A stretch of DNA of 62,871 nucleotides, filler included, from Neoconidiobolus thromboides FSU 785 (GCA_025603075.1; 4 parts of 4 records of this genome joined end to end with filler, not necessarily neighbours in it), one strand, 5' to 3'. Shown: positions 48,973-61,033, counted from the whole stretch's first letter. The notes: a model not told the origin generated them from the letters alone. Made by a program: numbers and translations.

Positions 48973-50988
48973 TATGCGTTAATTCATTAGCTATTCCTTT
49001 TTCTTATCCACATTTAACGGCTAATCGCTTTCTTCATTATTTAATTTCTTCTAACACTTTTAAACAAGCATTACTTTGAGTCAAGTTTTACTTGTTATAC
49101 GCTCCAATTTACATATGACAATTAAGCTACAACGCTGTTTAACCCACTGCATATTAGAAAATAAGCATTGGTGATTAGAGAACAGTTATAAATGGAAATC
49201 CCTTACCTTTCATACACTAACAAAAAAGGCAGTAATTTCAACAGAAGCTTAATTTCGTCCCATATCTGAAAAGAACGTTCTGGAAGTTCTCTTTTCTGTG
49301 ACTTTTATAGTTTATTTCAAAACCATAACCTTAGCTTTTTACTTTTTTAAATAGAAAAGTTATCTATGGGTTAATAAGTAAACCATATTAAAAAAATTAT
49401 TTAAACAAAGGTAGCTTTTTTTGGTGTTTTTAACTATAGTTATAGTCTCTAACTCAGATATTACTTTTATTTCTATAGTTTATGAAATAGGGTGTTAAAC
49501 TTTTTAGTTAAAAATGCTTTTAATGGAAATAAATCCGCTGCAAGTTCTTTTTAGTATTTCACTTATTTAATATTAACTATTTATTACTTTAAAAATACAT
49601 TCGTGTTTATCTATACCTTATTCACAAAAATGACCACAGCAATAGCAGCTTTTTTCGAACTTTTGACCTCTCTGCTAAGATTGCTTTTTGGTTGCTCAAA
49701 TCGAATAAAAACCATCTTAAATCTAGAATTTGTAAGAATAAATTAATCTATTCGTCAAAATATAGTTTTAAAAAAGGCAATATAAATTTTATGCTCTTAA
49801 TATCATCTGGGGATTTTGACTTTCAATGTTTTTTGAAAAAAGGCACTAAAAATTGAATAATACTAGGAAAGGTCCTGAGTAATTACTTCCAAAAATTGAT
49901 TTATTTAGTAAAGTACGATAGGATTTTTGCTAAATTAAGTAAATGTTTTTTCGTATTTCACTAAATAAATGATTTCTGGGAGTAACTACCTGATATCTCT
50001 TCTAGTAAAACGTACTAATCTCAAAGCAGTTAATAATTAATAAACTATAAGAAAAAACTAACACCGAAAAAATAGCTTTAGCTAAGTATAAAAAATTATT
50101 TAATGGGGATGGGTGCTTTATAATTTAAACCATTATCTAGTAATTATAAAGTTTACCACGTAAAATTTAAAAAACAAAATTTAATTTTCCTTTTATAGTT
50201 AATTGCTTATACATTTAAGTAAAATCATCCTCCTTTATTTTATCATTATAACGTTCTTAGCTAACATCAAAGTTAAAAACAGTATAATCAATATTTTACT
50301 TTGTTTTGTTTATTTTACAAGGATATATCATATGAAACTATTTTGAATAATAGCTATATTAATTGTATTAATTATATACTAGACCACAAACAGATAAAAG
50401 TAAATGCCACCTTTTCCTATAGGTTGCTACAGCAGTCATTAAACCTAAAATCTAAATATTACACGGCATTAAATCAAAATCACTACCATTTAAGCTTTAT
50501 GAAATAAAAAGCTTGAACTAACTTCATTTAATGTTAATTTAAAAGTAATATTTGATACTTACTAATGCACCCAATAAATTATTAAATTTATCAAATATAA
50601 CAAAACTTAAGCTTTCACGTTGCTAGCATTGAGAATGATGTCACCTTTAATTTATCAAACTCATGAAGATCAAATTTATTGTTAAAAAAGCCAATTTGGA
50701 TCATATCCTTTACAAGAATAGAAAAGAGTCACTATTGATGAGTCATTTTAGTTTCAAACTTATTGCCAAAAAGAAGACTAAATTAATTTCACTTTTAAGC
50801 AACTCCAAAATCATTTCAAAAAACCAAATTCTCCTCAACTTAAATTTTACAAAATACTCTTAAACTTCGGAACATGGCAAAACATCATTGTTGCAGGAAT
50901 GAATAAATTTTTAATATTAAAATGAAGTTTTTAAGCTTTTTAATTCTTTTCTCTTAATATTTATAATCTTCAATCTTCAATCTTAATT

Positions 50989-52895
50989 ATGTCTTGGATT
51001 ACTGCAACAGATGTCAAATATGAAAGGAACCGAGTCAAACCCGCAGCCAAAAGAAGGACACGAGGACCCAGACCAAGAGGTCCAAAACCTCAAGTTTGCG
51101 ATTTATGCCAGTTAAGGAAAGTGAAATGTGATAAATCGTTACCAAGGTGTTCTTTGTGTGAAAGGCTCAATAGACCATGTACCTATGATAGGAATGGGTT
51201 TGGAGGTAAGTTTTGTTTAGAAGTATTAGATGTTTATATTAAAAAAAACTAGCTATGGAAGATAATAAAAAGTATACCTCTTCTAACTCGTCATCCAACA
51301 AAGAAAGTTCAAGCCCAATGGTTATCAATGATACTAATATGTTAGTTAAAGCAAACGAAACAAAGTTTTTATGGTCTTCTATAAAGTCCCCATTTTTGGA
51401 TCTTAAAAAATTTAAAATCCACTTACATGATAATGGTAGCTATACTTATTATGGGTCGAGTATGGCGGTTTACTTCTTTACTTCAGCTTCCCATTTATTA
51501 CAAGATATAATTAGCAATCCGGATTACCAGTACCATCCAGTAACCTATAATAAAAATATACCAGTTGATATCACTCGTACTTTAGTCTTTCAGTTAGTAG
51601 AGCTATATTTTGGACACCTTAACTCTTTCTTTCCGCTATTGGATCCCACCAGTTTTTATTCTAAACTAAATGGGTTAACTTATGATGACTCTTTTCAAGC
51701 TCTACTTAGTGCCGTGTGCTTATCCGGTTCCTCATTTTATCCCAACAGGACTTTTGGACGTATCATCGGAATCTATTTTGCAAAACAAGTGACTCATTAT
51801 TTAAAAATCATATATTCAAAACCAACCATCTTAGGGATTCAAGCAAACTTATTAGCTTCTTATTACATTAGCTTATGCGAGGATGATACTATGTTGGAGA
51901 ATGGGTGGTACTATTTGGGAATTGCAAGGACCATGATTACGATGCTAGGATTGCCCAACAAACAACCTCATACAACTAAAAATCAGAAAGAATTATACAT
52001 ACGTCTATGGTGGATAGCTTTTAACTGTGAGTCAGTTTCATCTAATCTCTTTGGAAGGCCGTCACATTATGGTGAAATGATACCATTGCCTAAAGCTGAC
52101 TCAACAATTCCAACATTAACTTACACTAATCCTAATCTTTTTATTGTAAAGGAATTGGTAAATTTGAAGGCGGAAGATAATTCGAAATATTTTAGGGAAG
52201 TCTGCCATCATTGTTATTTAGTGGGACGATGGACTGTGTTAAAAGGTAAATTAAACTCTAAAAAAAGGAACGTTAAAATGAATTCTATGCATTCGCTAAG
52301 TGCCATACTTACTGATTTTAATGGAAATTCAATATCAGGCGAACCTTTACAGAAGATTAAGGAGTTGGAATATGATTGTAACAAATGGTATATAAAAATG
52401 ATTAACTTAAAGAGTAAGGTCCAAGTAGAAGCTTTATCATTGCCAAAACCCAATGATATATATAAAGGCTACCTATCTATCTTACACTATTCTTTATTAA
52501 TTGATTTAAATAAGCCATTTATTGAAAAAGATATGAAAGCATCATATGACCCACCAAATAAGTGTTTATATTTGAAAGAGTACTATAAATGCAACCCATT
52601 AGAAAGATGTATTACTGCGGCATTTTTTGGGACGAGAACATTTATGAATATTGGTAAAACAGTATCAGAAATAGGGGTACCTTATATCTGGTATAGCTCG
52701 TTGCAGTTTATCTTTATATTTATTTACATTATCAGTTCTTTTGATAAGAATCATTGGGCGGTGGGGCCAGCAAAAAGGAACGGTTATTATTTGTTTAACC
52801 AGTTTGAAGCCCATTCTGATAAATGGGTCGTTATTCGGGATGCGTTTTATATGATTAAATATGCCATTCCAAATGGCAAACAGTTTTTTATTTAG
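50989..52895 (+). CDS. Zn2Cys6 transcription factor, tandem paralogue; intron 51206-51252
   Basis: Near-identical cluster RGPKPQVCDLCQLRKVKCDK.LPRCS.C...N.PCTYDRNGF. A GT-AG intron joins it in frame to ORF 51255-52895. Confidence 0.92.
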
Positions 52896-53083
52896 TAAGC
52901 TTTGGGACGGCGAATCCTTTTTTTACTCTATTTTTTTACATTATTATAAATCGTGTTTGTTAAATAAAATTTAATCTACAAATGTTTGTCTATTTCTCAC
53001 TGAATTGTTCATAAAATTATGGTGTGATTTTACAAAATAAAGATCATCAATAAAATTAGCTTTTTTTAATAATTTTGAATGAA

Positions 53084-55102
53084 ATGGATTTAATTCAAGC
53101 CATCAATGAGTATATCTTCAACATGGTAGAAGCCGTACCAGGAATGAAAATTTTATTATTGGATAAAGATACGGTAGGTTTACTAACTATAGTTAAACTT
53201 ATGTTTACTCCATTGATAGACAAGTTATGTTAGTACCGTGATTACGCAATCGAATTTATTATCTAAAGAAGTCTACCTTATTGATTTAATAGACCGAATG
53301 GATAGTGAAAAATTAGTTCATCTTAAATGTATCACATTCTTGAGACCAAACAATAAGAGTGTTTCTAATTTAACTCAAGAATTGAAAAACCCTAGGTTCT
53401 CGGAGTATCATTTAAGTAAGATTGAATCATCATTTTATGAAAAAGAATCAATTAATAATTAGATTTTAGTAATATCATAAAAAAAGCATCCTTAGAAACT
53501 TTAGCTGAAGCAGATGAAAATGAAAGTGTTAAAGTAGTTAAAGTAAGCAACATTTTGACTTTATTTAATTCCAATGTATAACTTTTTTACAGGAAGTATT
53601 TGCTGATTTTATAGCCATCAACTCTCATTTATTTTCCTTAAATATTAATACAAAAGAATACCAATTATTTAATAACTACAATTTTGACCAATTTGATAGT
53701 TCCACATTACAACGCTCAACCGAAGGTATAATCTCTGTTTTATTAACACTAAAGAAAAAGCCATTGATACGTTATGATGCTTACTCAAAGTTGTCAAAAA
53801 CATTGGCTGAAGAGGTACAAAATCAAATAGACAAAGAAAACCAACTATTTCGATTCCCTGCAGAAGATTCACCACCATTATTATTAATTTTAGACCGTAA
53901 AAGTGATCCAATAACCCCGCTTTTAATGCAATGGACTTATCAAGCCATGATTCACGAACTTTTGACAATCAACAATGGTCGAGTAGACATGAGTTCTACC
54001 CCAGATATATCAAAAGATCTAAAAGAAATTGTATTAAACATTCAACAGGACCCGTTTTATAACTCAAACTTATACATGAATTTCGGGGATTTGGGAGCGA
54101 ACATTAAAAAATACGTAGATGAGTATCAAGTAAAAACAAAGAATCAATCCAAAATCGAAAGTATTGCGGACATGAAAAGGTTTGTGGAAGAATATCCAGA
54201 ATTTAGAAAATTGGCAGGAAATGTGTCAAAGCATGTGGCTTTAGTATCTGAATTATCAAGGTTAGTGGGTATTTTTAAACTTTTGGAAGTTTCAGAGTTA
54301 GAACAATCTTTGGCCTGTAATGATCAACATAATGTGGATTTTAAGGTACAGGAATTAATACCCCCTAATTTACTTCCAGGCTTAACGTTTACATTTAGAA
54401 TATTATTAAGCTTATCCAGGACAAAAAAATTGGTGACTCATATAAACTTAAGTTGGCCATGTTGTATTGTTTAAGATATGAGAAATCACCTTCACTTAAT
54501 GCTCAACAGTTATTTGCTGAAATGAAAAGTAATGGTGTCTCGGATGCTAACTTGAAGGTAAATAGTTTATTAAATCTACTAATAAATCCTAATAGAAAAT
54601 AGGTCATTGATAAAGTGATGGAATATGGGGGCTATGATCAACGTCAAAACGATCTATATGGAGATTCCAATTTGTTTTCTAAGGGGAGAAATGTAATTAA
54701 AGGATTAAAGGTAAATTAATCTCACTACTATTATCATAGATAGCCATTTATATTTATACTCGTATTAGGGAGTTGAAAACGTGTATACTCAACATGTGCC
54801 ATTATTATACCATCAATTAGAAGATTTAGTCAAAGGCAAATTAAAAGAAGCCCAGTTTCCATTTATTAAACAGAGTAGTAAATTGATGTAAGTAAATTTG
54901 AAGCATATAGATATTTTACTTAATAATGACTTTTAGACCTCAAGATGTTATAATTTATCAAGTTGGAGGCACCACGTATCAAGAAGCTCATTTTGTAAGT
55001 CAATTTAATCAACAAAATCTTGGATTCAGAGTGGTGCTTGGTGGACCAGATATTATTAATTCGGAAATGTTTTTGAAAATGATTTGTGGAGATAAAATTT
55101 AA
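53084..55102 (+). CDS. VPS45: Sec1/Munc18-family vacuolar sorting protein, multi-exon
   Basis: MDLIQAINEYI...GMKILLLDKDT, EVYLID, HLKCITFLRP, LLLILDRKSDPITPLLMQWTYQAMIHELL, NVSKHV, ENVYTQH, VGGTTYQEA. Confidence 0.94.
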
Positions 55103-55613
55103 AGGGGTTAGTTTTTTGTTTTGTATTCTTAGCTTTATAATACGAACTTGTTATTCTATTTATAATCTAAGCTACAAAAGTCAAGATAATTTTAAAGTCA
55201 ATTGTTTTATATAAAAAATAGCATATTTGTTTAATATTTAATTATAGTTTAATATTTAATTATAGTTTTAGTAGAAAAACGGAGTTTGTGTATTGTTTAT
55301 AATTTTAAATTTGAATACAGTATAAGAAATAATCATATTTGTTTAATTTGTAAAACTAAGCTTTATTAAAATAATTTGATATAAAATAATAGTTTTTATA
55401 ATATACCAGTCCCTATATTTTGATTCTTTATTTCTTATTTTTATAATATATTAACATTATAAATCGTAACAATAAACTTATAAGTTTGTTAGAATAAACA
55501 CTGTTTATAGCTTGAAAATCCCCTTGCTTAGAGTGTGGCTAATTTGTTTTAATTTATTTTTGTCTTTTAACTCACGATAATATTTTTAACTATATCTTTT
55601 GGCCTTATATAAA

Positions 55614-56965
55614 ACGGCAAAATAATTCGACTATTTACCTGATATAATATTAGAAGAAATATTTAACCTATTAAGTTTAGATGAATTAATGAGTCTATGC
55701 TTTTTAAATAACTGTTTATACTATAGTAAAACTAAGTTTGAGAAATTTCAGGATTTGATTGATGAAAATGGATCCTTGATGAGCCATATGAATGTAGAGG
55801 ATAAGCAAAAGCCGTATATAAGTCTAAATTCAGAAGAATACTATGATCCAGACATAAAAGAAGAGTATTCTAATTCGGATGAATATGAAGCTATGTATAA
55901 AAGTGAAAATTCAGATGATGAAAATATAGATGATGAAAGTAAAGTTAAACTAATACAAATAGAATCTCATTGTTTAAACATCATGTCTATATGCTGTACA
56001 ACTCATGATATTAACAAGATCATTGTTCATAACTCGTTACCAAAACTAAAAAAGATGCCAATAACTTATCTTAAACCTAACTAACCATTAAAAAAGATAT
56101 TAAGTGTATTTAAAACCCATTTAAGTCAAATTGAAGTACTTGAAGTCAAAGTGGGTATAAGCATTAAAGACACTATTAAATATTTAAATCCCGATAAGCT
56201 TAATTCATCTAAAATACCTTCTTATTGTATGATAGATCTTAATGGATTAGACATTATAAAACTGAGCTTCAATATCCTAGAAGTATTACACTTGGTAGCA
56301 AAGTCAACCATTTTTGTAGCCATTAAACTCGCCCCTAGCCTAAATTCTATTTCTATTTTAAATTGTTAATTGACGGACATTTCAAGAATGATCTTGATAC
56401 TGATTCTTTTGGAGACCTGGCAAAATTCAAAAGTATATGATTAAAAAATTTATCAAAAATAATAATAAAGAAAATGAGATAAAATTGTTGGAAGGTAATG
56501 ATATCCGAATTTTAGGACACTTTGAATCAAGTTTTGTTTTCAGTCTAATTTCATAAATTTTTCTACTTTAAAAGAAACCTATATTGAAAATTTATCGAAA
56601 GAGTTATTAAGGTCAGTTCATAAAGTACCAACTATTCAATCTATATGCTGTGACTATTTGATAGTAAAAATAAAAGTAATTCCTAAAAGGAATGGACTTT
56701 ACTACGATATAGTTATGTAAAGCGATTCCAAGTCAGATGTTTACTTAAATCAAAAGATGACTTCTTGTGTATCTTGTTTTTGTTCCCAAACCTTGAAGTT
56801 TTTAAAAGTGGGTATTTCAGTTTTCACTCTGACACAAGCATTCAGATTGAATACCAACTTAGACCATCGTTATTATTGATTGAACCCATCAAGGGCGGTA
56901 TATATGAAGAAATAGGCGATGATAACCCAGAGAATATTCCAGTATTGAACTGGATGAAGTTATAG
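55614..56965 (+). pseudogene. F-box (probable F-box/LRR) pseudogene
   Basis: F-box FDYLPDIILEEIFNLLSLDELMSLCFLN is preceded by ACG GCA AAA TAA (likely lost ATG, plus a stop). In-frame TAA at 56082 with the frame continuing, then frameshifts; later LRR-like FPNLEVFK. Confidence 0.7.
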
Positions 56966-57385
56966 TAAACTAACTATTAATCGACTATATTTTTAATATA
57001 CTGCGATAATAAATACTAAATAAGCTTCATGAGTCTACAGTTAGACTATTTTATTTATCAACTGGGGATTTAACATTGTCTGTTTAAAATATGTGCATTA
57101 CCAATGTACTAACATACTTTGACTAATACCACCACTTTGAAGAGAAATTTTGGGATTTATGATATTATATTAATTTTGCTATTTTTCAACTATAATCTAT
57201 ACTTTAATATAACATATCAATAATAGATAGTAATAATTTATTGAAAAAAATTACAAAGAAACATGAAGCCAGGGTTTTAAATTTTGTTCCTCATAGTGCA
57301 AGATAAGAATTATAAGATGACAGAGTTATAGTATATAAAAAATAAAATAGTAAATACTATTATTATCAAAATACAAAAAAACAAA

Positions 57386-57649
57386 ATGAAATTCAGTCTT
57401 ATTCTTTTACTTGCTACCATTGCCCCAATCCTTGGTTTTGGTTTATTTCACAAAAAATAGTATACATAATATGAAAACAAGTCCTATTATGACCATGGGG
57501 CTGGTGACCGATTCCAAAACTTTAGAAACTTTAGAAACTTTGTTGAGCGCTTAGATGGAATTTGGCGTAAAGAACACGTAATTTATAATAGTGTAAATAA
57601 TTGGATTTTATACTTGTGTTCAAAAACAATATATCCATCTTCGATGTAG
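57386..57649 (+). pseudogene. Small secreted-protein reading frame with two in-frame stops
   Basis: MKFSLILLLATIAPILGFGLFHKK*YT*YENKSYYDHGAGDRFQNFRNFRNFVERLDGIWRKEH...; stops TAG at 57458 and TAA at 57467. Confidence 0.55.
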
Positions 57650-58729
57650 GCTAAAAGCCCATTGTTAATAGCGGGCTTAAGGTAAAGTACTACGTAATTG
57701 TCCTTAACGTCGAGTGACTTAATGTATTAAACATAAGTACCGTATTTTTTTTAAACATCTAGTCAAAATTCCATTTAATTTAAGTTATAGTACTTTTTAG
57801 CATTATGTTATAAGCTGAAAGTATAAGTTTATCTTATACCTATAAATTTGATTAAATTCCATTAAATTCAAGTTCCAACTCAAAATAGGTTTAAATCAAA
57901 GAAAAAATGATTACTTCCTATTTCATCTGTTGATTGAAAATATATTGGAATAAACCCTTTAACATTTCTTTCAATGGGAGAGATATTACAACTATACCTT
58001 ATATAATCTTAACATTACAATATAGTTCACTTGTTTAAATGTTTTTTTAAATTAAGAATAATCTGTGATATTTTACTTCAGTAGCAAAAGGAGTAAAAGG
58101 CTAAAGTTGTCCAAAGCAAGGTAACGTAAGGTAATCTAAGATAAGGATCCTTAAATTTAACCAGAACTGATAAGAATATGGGTGATAGTAGATGCAAGAG
58201 GACCAAATTATAAAATTTATGAGTTTTTTTTGGGAAAGTATAAATATTTTAATTCAAACCATTAATAAATTGAAATACAGTTTTTTTAAAAGTGAGTTAA
58301 TTTTCAAGAAAAAAATAGTTTGATATAATAAATTTTGTTTAAGATATGGGATTTTGATTTATTTAAAAAACCATTGATTCTTTTCAATAATATATTATCA
58401 CACAAAGCAGAAATAGCTATTAACTATATAAAACAAACAGTAAAAAACATAGGTTTTAAATAAACAAACCTAAGTAATTAACTAAAGATAAAGCTGCAAT
58501 CCAATTCAGTTTTTTGATTATATATAAGAAATTGAAATTTCACTTTTTTAAATCCTACATTTACATAACCTTGTATCTTAAATTTAATATGTTTTAACCT
58601 TTCTTATAAATTATTTATTATTTAAAATGACACTCTAATTCGATTGTTTATCTAATATCTTATTAGAAGAGATATTTGAATTACTAGATCCATATGGATT
58701 AATTGGGCTTTGTTTTTTAAATAAATATT

Positions 58730-58826
58730 TGGGGATGTATTTTTTTAAGAATTTTACTAACAAACTTTCCGTTCAAATAGCGCTTAAAAAATGAAAAAAG
58801 TAATGAAATCAAAAAGAACATCCCCA
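58730..58826 (+). mobile_element. MITE family copy, 97 bp
   Basis: TGGGGATGTATTTTT...AAAAAGAACATCCCCA with the family core; flanking TA not intact. Confidence 0.82.
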
Positions 58827-59352
58827 TTTATTCAAGACTATTAACAGAGTTATCCAACGAAATATAACTTATTTATGCTATACCGGTTCCTTTAGTAGTG
58901 AATTTTGACAAGAATTTATTACAGAAAATCAACTACTGATGAAGCATTTATATGTGAGGAAAAATATCCACAATCAGAAATTTGTTCTGATTCTAATTTA
59001 GATGAAGATAGAAGAGCTCAAGTATAAGTGTATGTGGATGTGGGGCTGTCCTAATTGGTTTCAGAATCTACTTAGAAATTAATCCAAATTTAAAATTTCA
59101 AGTTTGTGTCCAATATAACGGTTAAATCTAAAAAGCCTAAAATTAAATGTCTCTATTTAAAACTTATTTTAATTGTTTCCTTTTCCTAAATAGCTAATTT
59201 TCCTAACTATATATTTTATGTTAGTTCTGTTAGATATTTAACAGATATATAATATATAACTATATGATTATATAATTATATAAATACATAATTATATAAA
59301 CACAGTTATTTGACTTTATTTGACTTTATTTTTGTTGAAATAAAAATAAAAT

Positions 59353-59452
59353 NNNNNNNNNNNNNNNNNNNNNNNNNNNNNNNNNNNNNNNNNNNNTTAA
59401 TTAATTAANNNNNNNNNNNNNNNNNNNNNNNNNNNNNNNNNNNNNNNNNNNN
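59353..59452. other. Artificial contig spacer
   Basis: 44N-TTAATTAATTAA-44N. Confidence 0.95.
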
Positions 59453-59454
59453 GT

Positions 59455-59845
59455 TACGAAATATACTAAACATGTGATCCTGTAAAGTACAGTCGATAAG
59501 GTTTATTAAAGAAGGTGCATGGTAGCTTATATATCCCTTAATTTTAGGGCTTGTGGGATCCTTTGCTCTAACAAAGCTTTTTATAACCAATTAAAATGGG
59601 TAGCTGAGTTTTGATTTTGAAACTCTCCATTTTTAGTAAATTGCTTTGAGATTTTTCAAGTCAATGAGTATTATTACAACTGCTGCAACTCTTATTGCAG
59701 CTTAATTAATCGCTCATTCAAAAGTCACGTTTTGGTAAAACCAGGACTAAATATCAAGGGTAGATTTTAAAAAATCAATCAAATAACTAGCTTCAAGAGA
59801 CCACCACAAATTAGGTCGTAAGAAAGCCGAAGCAAATATGAAACT
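59455..59845 (+). mobile_element. Possible decayed Ty3/gypsy integrase C-terminal remnant
   Basis: Stop-riddled frame PIKMGS*VLILKLSIFSKLL*DFSSQ*V loosely resembles the GPY/F module (VG..VL...KL...FSGP.V). By-eye similarity only. Confidence 0.3.
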
Positions 59846-60566
59846 TAATTATTAAGATATTAAGATTTTTTATAGCTTTAATAATATAGTTTAACTAATT
59901 TTTCTAATTCTCTGGTGCAATTTCATCTTCTATTTTTTCTATCAAGTTGACTATAATATCTTTGTTTTAAAAATTTTCTTTATGTAATTTTTTGACTTTT
60001 TAAATATCAACTTAATTAAAATAGGAGTATAGAAAGGTATAGATTAATTTTGTAAATCATATCGTTAAAGACTATTCTATTTTATCAGCTTTATATATTT
60101 TAACATTATCTATAATAATAAGCATTAATTTCTAAGTTTAGAAAAAAAAACTAGTAATATTGATTAAAACTATAAGATATAAATATTCGTATTTATTAGC
60201 ATTAATAGCACTGATAATTGAAAAGCTAGTAAATTTTTTTAATATGGATTTAGTATAAGCCTGCCTTTTTTTAAAAATTTGATTTATCCAAGAAATTATG
60301 CTGTAGTTATGTTCACTTATAAAAATATAGCTATCTTTATAATTAGTTTTTTTTGATTCTGAACTTATAGTAATTTTTTGTTTTAAACCCTTTTAATAAA
60401 TTAGTTGTTTTTTTATTAAATAATAGCCAAAAAATATTTTTATAACTTTGTTTTATATTTAATTTAACATTGAAATATTGTTTCTATTTTTACTAATAAT
60501 TAAAAAAGTAATTTTTATTACTAATTCTAGTGTTTTTTATTATTACAAGGTTTGTACTTATATATA

Positions 60567-61033
60567 TGGGAAATCTGGTACTCAGCGATTGGAGTCAAAA
60601 GCAGTTCTTGTTTGGTTGACTATACTGTAAGTCGAAAGATCTTAGTTTATGTGACTAAGATAGGCTTGGATTATGAATAATAGCGTGTAATAAGTTATGT
60701 ACTATGTAAGACAAACAGAACAGATAGTACTACTATAAAACTTATATAAGATACTATCAGAAAGATTTATTGGCTTTATCAGAGATACAAGGTATCAAAG
60801 AACAATCCAGTTAAGTAGCCTCGAACTACTATATTCTGAAATCTCTTTTATACCCTGGAAAGTACAAATGCCAAAACGAGAAGATAATGGTATCCTTTGG
60901 AATGAATTTAGAAATTCTCACAGTAAATCAAAATAAGGGTACGGGATTGATTGTCTCCGAACTCAAGAACACATTAACTTAAATGATTGTTATGTTATAA
61001 TCAATCATGGAAATGACAAAGCGATATTTCACA
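60567..61033 (-). mobile_element. Second solo-LTR-like copy, 467 bp
   Basis: Reverse complement aligns along its full length to 31020-31441. TATAAAAG (60845-60852) and AATAAA (60766-60771) are conserved on the minus strand. Termini TG(G)GAAAT...ATTTCACA. Confidence 0.8.

Noticed and set aside
57386-57649. TAA/TAG reassigned to Gln (alternative genetic code)
   Set aside because: Conserved genes here (UBR1, AAC, SSE1, VPS45) terminate at TAA at the expected C-termini and their long exons contain no in-frame TAA/TAG.
58135-58230. TDKNMG / VIVD words reminiscent of a Penelope-like RT N-terminal motif
   Set aside because: Only a few residues across a frameshift, with no RT core motifs nearby; indistinguishable from chance.
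59405-59590. Track ORFs running into N gaps (also 61753-61953)
   Set aside because: Artefacts of translation through spacer Ns.
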